A DNA stretch of 64,000 nucleotides from an uncultured bacterium (GTDB lineage: Bacteria > Patescibacteriota > Gracilibacteria > BD1-5 > UBA2023). This document shows positions 33,101 through 41,300 of the stretch, one piece after another; within the stretch, counting starts at the first letter, position 1; the number at the start of each line of letters is the position of its first letter. The position numbers and the translations under genes are program-made. The stretch lies in the NCBI GenBank assembly GCA_903908595.1, contig CAIVSN010000116.1:454-64453 (forward strand), written 5' to 3'. The notes under the pieces are model-generated. The model searched no databases, was not told the origin of the DNA, and was given only the letters and a program-made list of their open reading frames with translations.

Positions 33101-34630
33101 TGAGCCGGCTCGAAGATTCAGGTTGCCGCGAGCAAATCGATCTATGCTGACGGAGGCGGAGCGAAAATCGCGTACAAAATCGCCGACAGCGCGGCTTCCG
33201 TTACGGGCAGCACGGTGACCATACCGAATTCCGGAGAACTCAAATTCTTGGACAACATGGACATGGAAGTCCTGAACGGAAACGTCATCCTCATTAACGA
33301 GAGTTCGAGCCCCGTACGGCGGCCACAGGATTTTCAGAAACTGAACGGGCTTCCCGTCATCCTGGGTCAGAAAATAGAAATTCCCGCGACGACGGCCCGG
33401 CTCAATATCGAGTATTACAACGGCGCATCGCTCCGCATGGACGGGCCGAGCCTCTATGAAAGCCACGAGCTCGGAGCGAAATCCGACGAATATGACGTGT
33501 CGCTCCGCCAGGATAACGGCTGGTACTACGCCAGGCTCGAAAGCGTTTCGCCGAGCCCCCGGACCAGTACGCGGATCACGCTGCTTTCGCCACAAATGGA
33601 AGCCGACAAGGAAGCTCCGCTCATCGAGGTCGCGGGAGGATTCCGGGCGCCGGTCTATCTCGACCGTGCCATAGACTTACGCGAACAGATTACGGACGTT
33701 TCCGGCATCAGCGACGTGTTTATCGACACGGATCTCGCGGCCGATTCCGACCGGGATGGGCAAATGGACAACGACCGGGATTCCGACGCGGCCGGATCGA
33801 TATTCAGAAAGGGCAGCTCCAATCTCGAATGGATCGTCAAAGCCCAGGATCGACTGTTCGAGAAGAAAATCAAAATCTGGGCCGGGGACGAAAGCGGAAA
33901 TTTGGCAGGAACAGAGACGGATCTCCGCATCTATGCCCCGGTTCCGAATATTTCGACCCAATCGGGAACCACGATTTTCGGAAACCTCGACGAGTCGTTG
34001 GACGGCGAACCGACGGATATCGTCCGGTACCGCAACGGCAAGATTTCCCCTATCGGCAACGCGGCGCTTACCCAGAGCGGCGGGGAATTCCTCAATACCT
34101 TCGGCACGAATACCGGAATAGCCATCAGATGACCGTCGGGCGAATTGGCAAAAATCAACGAAAACACCGGAAAACTCACCCTGAGCGGCAGCGAGAACGA
34201 ATTCGTCGTCCTCCCGGCCAACGCCGACGTCCCGATGCGGATCGAAATCCAGAAGAAATCGGATCATTCCGTCCTCTACTCGCAATCCGTAGCACTGGGA
34301 AGCGCCGGGAAGATAGAACCCGTGTCCAGCCTCGCGGAAGCTCTCGCCAAAGCGAAATGAGGCCTCGGCGTACGTCTCGATGCCGGATGGAATTTCGTCC
34401 GGAACCCGGGCAATAGCCCGTCGCTTCCAGGAGGCATATTCGTCACGGACGCGGACATGAAACCGGTGTTCGGTATCGCCAAGGATGGCAACGTATACTT
34501 CCTGAAATCCTCTGGACTCAGCCTGAAATACGGAACCGAACAGGACTACTTCGTCATCGAAGTCCGCGACGCGGACCATCTCGTCGGAACCCTCTATTAC
34601 GTACTCGATGCCGAATATGTCATCAAATAG
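21125..34630 (+). CDS. Giant secreted surface protein (~4,500 aa) with FG-GAP/VCBS-like, Ig-like and DUF11/CARDB-like segments and a Pro-rich region
   Basis: Nine frame-2 track ORFs (21068-23374, 23444-27208, 27302-28300, 28733-29956, 30275-30712, 30818-32344, 32456-33103, 33215-34132, 34145-34360) are separated only by 12 in-frame TGAs. The first TAA/TAG in frame is TAG 34628-34630. Signal-like MSVFPKPSRLKKWVSSLLIFTMFASQ. FG-GAP-like GDFNGDGYGDLVMVDQDGKL and DMDKDGKTDIVISDDSGEL. Pro-rich LPSLPPLPELPDIPSLP. Confidence 0.85.
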
Positions 34631-35243
34631 CCTCCTTATCGCTTCGGTGACCGATCCGGGACACTGGTACCTTTTCGACGACCGGGACGTTTGTACGGCC
34701 CACGAAACCCATTCCATCGCCGGCAAGGAATTCGACCGCTTCCTCGATACTGCGGTCGGATTCCTGAAGGGCCGAAATCTCGGATTCGCGGATATTTCGA
34801 CCATTTACCTAGTCACCGGACCGGCTTCTTTCACGGGGGGTCGCATCATGACGCTCACGCTCGGTTCCCTCGCGCTCGCCTACCCGAATATCCGGCTCGT
34901 CGGAATTACCCTCTTCGAATACTGGGCGATGGCGGGAAACGCCTACCCGATGGCCATCGAGGCGAACCGCGAAGAATTGGCCATCCAGCGGGGGCCGGAA
35001 TCGGAAATCGAGCTCGTCTCCAAAGCGGAAGCCGAGATCATTCCCTTCCGCACCTGGTATTCCCGCATATGAAAGTTGCCGAAGTGGGAAAATATGATAC
35101 AATTCGACGAACGAATATCTTCTTTACCCAACGCCCTGAAACGGAAACCCCCTACTCGGACCCTGAATCCGCTGTATATCAAAAAGCCGAACATTACCAT
35201 CTCACCGACTTCCCATGATACCAGTAGACCTTCACATCAGTAA
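34608..35243 (+). CDS. tsaB: TsaB/YeaZ-like protein (tRNA t6A biosynthesis)
   Basis: Track ORF 34608-35072 reads through TGA 35070-35072 to TAA 35241-35243 (211 aa). The block IYLVTGPASFTGGRIMTLTLGSLA resembles the TsaB GPGSFTGLRIG motif. It overlaps the end of the giant gene. Confidence 0.6.
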
Positions 35244-35793
35244 CCTGCGACCGGGGGAACGGATCGAATACGTGCTTCACCGCCACTGGATTACCCTCTT
35301 CTATACGGGCGGATATATCTTCGTCCTCGTAATGGTCACCATACTGATGCTGGCGTTCCACGATTCGTTGTCCGCCTTCCTTCCTTGAACGTTCCTTTCG
35401 CTCCTGCTTCTCGCGTTCATGATGTTTTTCACCCTGTTCATCTACGTCTACTGGGTGGACAACGAACTGGACTTCTACATCATTACCAACGAGCGGATCA
35501 TCGCTATAGAACAGCTGTCCTTCCTCAACCGGACCGTCAGGGAATGCTCGCTGGAACAGGTTCAGGAAGTCAACGGGTTCGCCCGGGGACTGCTCGAAAA
35601 CATCCTCAACTTCGGGTGCGTCACGATTCGGACGGCTTCGGACATCTCCGAATTCAACATGGAACTCGCGCCGGAACCGCTCGAAAACGCCCGGATCATC
35701 CTCAATATCATCCAGGAATACAAGGGGACGCACCGCGAACGCATGCGGGATTTCGTCCGTGACGAAAAGCCGAAGGCGCCGGAAATACCTTAG
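35215..35793 (+). CDS. Membrane protein with a bacterial PH (bPH_2/YdbS-like) domain
   Basis: ATG 35215. Joins track ORF 35419-35793 across one TGA. Has two TM helices, followed by DFYIITNERIIAIEQLSFLNRTVRECSLEQVQEV. Ends in TAG. Confidence 0.65.
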
Positions 35794-35835
35794 GAGATCC
35801 TACGACAGAATCCTATTTTTTAACCCATATTCCCC

Positions 35836-36465
35836 ATGTACGGAACATTCGTCAAAGGACTTTCCAAAAAAAACGACAAATACGGGTTCGTAAACGAAAA
35901 CGAAGTGCGGATCGCCACCGGCGTGACCTTCGTTTTTGGGCTCTTTTCGCTCTTCCTCGTGCTGCTCAAATGAGAATTCACGATTCCGCTCGTCCTGCTT
36001 TCGCTCGTATGGCTCGACTTCGTCGTCAAGGTGTTCGTTTCCCCGGAATACTCGATTTTTGGAAGGTTCGTCCGGCTGTTCCTCAAAAAAGAACCCTACT
36101 GGATCGGATCCGTCCAGAAGCGGTTCGCCTGGTCGATCGGACTGGTGATATCCACGATTGCCGTGCTGTGCCTGATATTCCAATCCGGGCTGTTCGTCGA
36201 CGTGGCGCCATTTTTCCAAACCGCGTACGAATATATCCAAGCGCAGCTGAAGCAGGCGACGTTCATCAAGCACCCAAACCAGCTGATGTATACGCCGCTC
36301 AATCCCCCGATCCTACTCTGTATCCTCTGCCTCGTGTTCATGTGGTTCGAATCCGTCGTCGGCTTTTGCGTCGGGTGCGCCATCTATGCCTGGGGAGTGA
36401 GGAAAAAATTCTGGAAAGCATACGAAGGACAGAACTGCACGGGCGGGATGTGCCGACTGGACTAA
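35836..36465 (+). CDS. DUF4395 family membrane protein
   Basis: ATG 35836. Joins track ORF 36031-36465 across one TGA. NENEVRIATGVTFVFGLFSL...CVGCAIY is typical of DUF4395. Ends in TAA. Confidence 0.6.
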
Positions 36466-36471
36466 AGCTCG

Positions 36472-36506
36472 AAATGCCTTCCGAAATCGGAAGGCATTTT
36501 TTATTT
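36472..36506 (+). terminator. Intrinsic terminator
   Basis: aaatgccttccg-aaat-cggaaggcattt, followed by a T-run. Confidence 0.75.
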
Positions 36507-36552
36507 TCCCCTTGTAATATATTTTTTCGGCTATATATTGAAAATCGTCAAT

Positions 36553-37116
36553 ATGCCTATGATGGAAAGATACCTATCGGAGATGCCGAGCAGGAGCGAA
36601 GTCCGGCAGTCGGAACAATCCATTCTGGAAGCCCGAACGTTCGAACGCCTGCTGGAATCCATGCCTGAAAAAAAGAGCAAAGCCGTGACCCGGCTGGACC
36701 GTACCGATTTGTTCAAAAACGACATCGCGTACCTCCGTTTCGTCAAGGAAAAAAAAGAAAACGGCAAGACGATTCAACGGACGGACATCAAGGTTTCCCT
36801 CTTCGTTCGGGGGGTCCACGGACCCCTCCTCTTCTGTACGGCGAGCTTGGAAAACCCTTCGCGTGAGGGATCCCACAATACCGGAAACTGCATCATGCGG
36901 CTCCCCATTATCGGCAACCGCGACGGGATACTCCTGGGGCGGAGGGCGTTTGACAATCTCGCCAACGAAGTGGGATACGGCCTCACGGAAGAGGAGCAAG
37001 AGATGCTGTCGGAAAAATTCCTCGACGACATCCAATGGATACCCGACTACCACGAGCGGTACCGGAACCTTTGAAAAGCGGTCCGGGGATTCGTCAGCGA
37101 CATTTTCGCAAAATAA
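36553..37116 (+). CDS. Hypothetical protein (187 aa)
   Basis: Taken from track ORF 36538-37074, starting at ATG 36553. Reads through TGA 37072-37074 to TAA 37114-37116. Confidence 0.5.
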
Positions 37117-37204
37117 TTTGTACATCCCGGCGGGAATCTGATATCATTCCTTCGCCATGCCCAATTTCGGGCAAATCAACCAATTTTGGGAAAAGGAGAA
37201 ACAA

Positions 37205-37438
37205 ATGGCCACAATTACCATTGTGAAAAAAGGTTCCGGGATCCGCGTCCGTGCAATCACGACCGGTGGGTACGGCAGCCAAGAAGGTTACACCGACAGC
37301 AAAGGCATGGTACGATTCAACGACAGTGCCAATAGGACTCAGATTCAGGTCTGGAGTCCGGGCGGCTCGCGTTGGGTCAATACCGGCGACGTGCTTTCCT
37401 CATTACGGGGAGATCACGACTGCTACATGCCCTTCTGA
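37205..37438 (+). CDS. Small hypothetical protein (77 aa) with standard-code hallmarks. It ends in TGA.
   Basis: AGGAG 37194-37198 lies 6 nt before ATG 37205. The ORF closes with TGA 37436-37438, and an intrinsic terminator follows 8 nt later. Under code 25 the frame would stay open to TAA 37841-37843. Confidence 0.45.
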   Translation: MATITIVKKGSGIRVRAITTGGYGSQEGYTDSKGMVRFNDSANRTQIQVWSPGGSRWVNTGDVLSSLRGDHDCYMPF

Positions 37439-37445
37439 AGGATTA

Positions 37446-37474
37446 CGGCCCCCGTTATGCGGGGGCCGGTTTTT
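37446..37474 (+). terminator. Intrinsic terminator
   Basis: cggcccccg-ttatg-cgggggccg, followed by gttttt. Confidence 0.75.
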
Positions 37475-37480
37475 GTGTGG

Positions 37481-37598
37481 AACCCCGGCAAAACGCGAAC
37501 TCCTTGTCAAATTCTGCTTCCTCGCTCAACGTACCTATCGGTACGCCTCGCTACGGTACTCGAATTTGGCTTCGGATTTCATCGTTTTGACGGGGTTC
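37481..37598. repeat. Family-A palindromic element, copy 2 (inverted orientation)
   Basis: Termini gaaccccggcaaaacg / cgttttgacggggttc. The central hairpin is cgtacC-GATA-Ggtacg on the reverse strand. Confidence 0.85.
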
Positions 37599-37628
37599 TG
37601 GGGTTTTTGCAAAATATTTCTGTCAGAC

Positions 37629-37829
37629 ATGAACTTGTGCCTTCCGCTTCGGCAATACCTTGCCATATCCGGGAAACAGGCGGAATCTACGGCGGAACAA
37701 CCCACCGTGAGCCGAGACCAGTATCCGCTTGCGCAAGGGGTACGTGTCGAAGTGCCGGGCAATGCCCGGGTACGAATTGACGGCGGAAACGAACGACTGC
37801 TTTTGGCACCAAAAGATTTCGCTCGTTAA
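37629..37829 (+). CDS. Possible small protein (66 aa)
   Basis: ATG 37629, TAA 37827-37829. MNLCLPLRQYLAISGKQAESTAEQPTVSRDQYPLAQGVRVEVPGNARVRIDGGNERLLLAPKDFAR. It sits in a generally open GC-rich frame, so support is weak. Confidence 0.25.
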   Translation: MNLCLPLRQYLAISGKQAESTAEQPTVSRDQYPLAQGVRVEVPGNARVRIDGGNERLLLAPKDFAR

Positions 37830-37836
37830 TTCAAAA

Positions 37837-37972
37837 GTATTAAATGGGTTTTAACTTGACACTACCTCAATCAGGATAAATCGTTATTACATTCCTTAGT
37901 AGAGAGTAAAACTGAACCGATTTTTCGAGTACATTTCGTATAGTAGGCGTCAGGTTAAAACCCATTAAGTAT
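37837..37972. repeat. AT-rich segment bracketed by a 13-19-bp inverted repeat (AATGGGTTTTAAC / GTTAAAACCCATT)
   Basis: gtattaaatgggttttaac (37837-37855) pairs with gttaaaacccattaagtat (37954-37972). The ~100-nt interior is much more AT-rich than its surroundings. Confidence 0.6.
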
Positions 37973-38078
37973 TATTTCCGAAAGGGAAATTATCTTTTTC
38001 CATTGACCGGACCAGTTATTCCGTATGATACTCCCAAAAACGCCTATACTCTCTCAAATTCCGTAATCCCTTCCGAAC

Positions 38079-38507
38079 ATGAAAAAACGATTGCTTCCCA
38101 TTCTTTCGACACTTTGCCTCATGGGCCTACTCGTCGCCGAATCGACGACCTATGCGTTCCCCAAGTCAAATTTTTCGGGAAAAACCGAAATCACCCAGCG
38201 CTACGGCGAAATGACGAAAGCTTACGAGTCCAAATACTCCGCTTGGGAAATCAAAAAATCGAAGCGCGTCAAAACCATGGAAAACAAGATTTTTATCGCC
38301 TACAAGAATCTCGCCAAAGCGAAAACTTCAAAACTGAAAAAGCGGTATGAGACCCAAATCGTCCAATTCCAGAAGAATTTGGACGCGGAATTGCTTCGAT
38401 TGAGCAAGCTTCCCAAGCCTCCGGCAAACCTTTCTCCAAAAACGGATAGCCAAAACTCGGGGATGGACGCGATAGAATCGGCCATCAAGGAAAAACTGAA
38501 AAAATAG
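38079..38507 (+). CDS. Small secreted Lys-rich protein
   Basis: Intact track ORF. Signal peptide MKKRLLPILSTLCLMGLLVAESTTYA. Ends in TAG. Confidence 0.6.
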   Translation: MKKRLLPILSTLCLMGLLVAESTTYAFPKSNFSGKTEITQRYGEMTKAYESKYSAWEIKKSKRVKTMENKIFIAYKNLAKAKTSKLKKRYETQIVQFQKNLDAELLRLSKLPKPPANLSPKTDSQNSGMDAIESAIKEKLKK

Positions 38508-38607
38508 CCGAAACGCATCAGTACTCCCCTTTTCCACCAAAGAACCCCCCCCCCTTCAGAAACAAGCCGGACGGATTTCCAAAGCCAATCCTTCAATTTT
38601 CCAACCT

Positions 38608-39813
38608 ATGAAACATTCATATATCCCAAAAATCGCGTTCTCGATCGCGTTCGTCGCATTTTCCTTTTCCACTGCTTCCGCAGAAGGCCTCGTTTACGAT
38701 TTCGACCGCGTCGACGTGAAATTCGCTACGGAATTCCAGGTCATGCCCGCCATCGAGAGCAACGGGACCAGCTGGGCAACCGAATTGGCCGGCGGTACTG
38801 CCGACCCGCTCACCGTCACGTACGGAATCGTCGACCTCATCAAAAACGATCAGCCCGCCTGGTCCGAAGAATTCGTCAAGGTTACTGGCAAAAACGGATC
38901 GGAACGATTTTTGGTGAATTCCGGATCGCCGGAATTCTACGAATGAACCGACAAGCTGAGGCATAACCGGTCGTTCTTTTGGTCGGCAAAAAAACTCGTC
39001 GGAAACTCGGTCATGAAAGATTTCAGCGGAACCGTCAAGTCCATCGTGCTCGAAATGAAGCTTTCGGAAGACCAGAAAATCGATTCCGCGAGCCTTTCCT
39101 TTTCGGACAACGGCCAGCAGGCCAGCGAAGATTTCTGGTATCCGGAACGGAAGGGGAATTTTCAAAATTATTACGAATATTCGAAAGGTACCGTCGCCGG
39201 TACGACGGTACCGGCTTCGAATCCGTGCGAAGAAAGCATCGCGTACGACGGCAACGAATACCCGGTCAAGCTCATGCCGGACGGAAAATGCTGGACGACG
39301 ACTATGAAGCATCTTCCCGTCAAGCACATTCCTTGGAACGCCGAGGGAAGCCAAAGCGGTTCGTCCTACGTGGGCAATTCCTGGAACTACGGGGATACCG
39401 AAGCGAATCTCCCGACGAACGGCACCGGCGCGGTATCCGGAAGACTGTACAGCTGGTACGCGGCCATGGGACTGGACGAAGGATCGGCGGAGACGGAGGA
39501 ATCCTCGAACCGAACCGTCCGTAGCGTATGTTCGGCTTTGGGAAGCGGATGGAAACTCCCGACCGAGGAACAATGGAGGACTTTGGAAAAAGCCGGGGGC
39601 ACGAAAGAAATCATCACGCACTATCCCGGATATCAGGACTCCACGGGAACGTTCCGGGATTATGGCAAGGAGAAAAATTCTTGGGCCGCCTGGAGTTCGA
39701 CCTCCAAGGGAAGCGAAGCGTACTTTTACGCGAATTTTCAGGGGAATCACTATCTGGGATACGGCGACATCGGGAAGAAGCAGGGAGCTTCGGTGGTTTG
39801 CGTCAAGAATTAA
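38608..39813 (+). CDS. Secreted protein with a C-terminal Fibrobacter-succinogenes-major-paralogous (FISUMP) type domain
   Basis: Frame-1 track ORFs 38608-38946 and 39013-39813 are joined by TGA 38944-38946. Has a signal peptide. GRLYSWYAAM...CSALGSGWKLPTEEQWRTLEKAGG...AWSSTS matches my recollection of TIGR02145-type domains. Ends in TAA. Confidence 0.65.
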
Positions 39814-39848
39814 GTGGTTTCGGATGGGCTGAAAAGAGTCATATTCAC

Positions 39849-39881
39849 AAAAAAACGCTCGTTTGGTATGAGCGTTTTTTT
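39849..39881 (+). terminator. Intrinsic terminator
   Basis: aaaaacgctc-gtttggtat-gagcgttttt, followed by tt. Confidence 0.7.
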
Positions 39882-39903
39882 GAAGTTTCCATTTTATACC
39901 CAA

Positions 39904-40028
39904 CGGGAATCTCGTTAAAAACGCGAACTCCTTGTCAAATTCTCCGCTCCTCGTTCAACGTACTATCGTACGCCTCACTACGGTGCTCAAATTTGACTTC
40001 GGATTTCATCGTTTTAACGGGATTCCCG
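39904..40028. repeat. Family-A palindromic element, copy 3 (inverted orientation), abutting a family-B half-site (39895-39910)
   Basis: Termini cgggaatctcgttaaaaacg / cgttttaacgggattcccg. The central hairpin is cgtac-GATA-gtacg. It overlaps the stop codon of the methylase gene. Confidence 0.85.
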
Positions 40029-41291
40029 CTGCACGATCCGCACCACCTCCCTCCCAACGGTCTGCCCCGGCCTCCGATAGATCAACGATCCGTACTTCGT
40101 CAATTTTACTTCTTCCCGGTCTGCCAACAACGGGTCCGCCCGGAATCCGTGACGCCCAAGCAACTGGTAGAATTCCCCGAAATAAATGCTCGATTCCTTC
40201 GTCTCCCAACACGGGATGGTCATGACGATGACCCCGTCCCATTTCGCCTTCGCGAGCCCTTCGAACATCGGCCCGTAGATTTCGAGCAGGTGGATTTTTT
40301 CTTCCGCCACGAGTTCCGGTTTGATGGAGTGCTGCCCAAAAATCCGTCCCAGGTATCCTTCGGTCACGATATGGGTGACTTTGGCAATGGCCGGGAACGT
40401 CGAGATGAGTTTCCCGTCCAGAGTTTCTATTTTCAAAGGAGAAATCCTCAGTGCCGGGTCGTCCGTACCGGAAACCCGCGCGACGTAATCCGCCACCCCC
40501 TGTTTCGTCGCGGCCGTCATTTCCGGGCTGATGTCCGAAGCGTAAACGCGGGTAATCCCCATATGGAGAGCTTCGATCGGTACCGTCCCGAGCCCGCAGA
40601 ACGGGTCGTAGAGATGCACGTCGTCGCCGGGAGATTCCGTCCCGAGCGCGAGATTAATCATCGATTGCGCGAGCTTCGGGGGAAGCATTCCCACGACCAT
40701 ATCGCGGGATTTCCCGAGGTCCCGCTCGGAGTACGCGTCGATATCCTGGATATGGATGGTGTGCGCCATATAGAATTTCTTCCCGCTTTCGAGTAGGAAA
40801 AATTCCGTGGCCGTTGCCACGAGGCCTTCTTTTTTGACGACCGCGGACACGAGGTTCTGGTCGTCCTTGTTGACGGTCCGGAGGTTGAATCCCTTGTCCC
40901 TGAGGTCCTTTTTGAGCCGCAGTCATTGCGAAAAAATCGGCACGCTGACCCCGATAGCCCCGAGCCCGAAAGTAATTCGCGCTTCGTTCGGAATCCGCCC
41001 GATGCGCTTTCCGACCTCCGCCCCGAACGAACGAGGATCCCGAAGCGGCGCGTCCATTTGGAACGCGCGGATGATTCCCCCCATCCTCGACGCGATTTGG
41101 GCCACGTCCCGAGATGTCTGCACGACGCAAAGTTTTGGGGTGACGGAGACGATGTTTTCCGCTCCGAACAGCGTTTCGATTTCCGCGAGCGAGAGCTTCC
41201 ACTCCCGGCCGAGCTCGAACGCGTGCCAGGTTTCCGGATCGAACCGGTGGGAATTCCGGCTTTCCGGAATGGGCTTGGTAATAGGTTTCAC
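40014..41291 (-). CDS. Class I SAM-dependent RNA methyltransferase (UPF0020/Trm11-like)
   Basis: Same-frame track ORFs 40923-41291 and 40014-40850 are joined by TGA 40923-40925. Motif I is LYDPFCGLGTVPIEA. Ends in TAA. Confidence 0.7.
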
Positions 41292-41300
41292 AAAGCGGGA

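Noticed and set aside
21068-34360. Treating the nine frame-2 track ORFs as separate genes (standard-code reading).
   Set aside because: All nine share one frame and are separated only by TGA. Sequence motifs and domains continue across the junctions, and TGA is demonstrably Gly in conserved proteins elsewhere in the window.
37660-37760. Cobalamin-riboswitch-like strings (GGGAAACAGGCGGAATC...CCCACCGTG...AGCCGAGACCAG, reminiscent of the B12 box).
   Set aside because: I could not find the required flanking helices (the P4-type pairing around the GGNG...AATC loop). The downstream gene has no link to cobalamin, and the region may be coding (37629-37829). A cmsearch with RF00174 would settle it.
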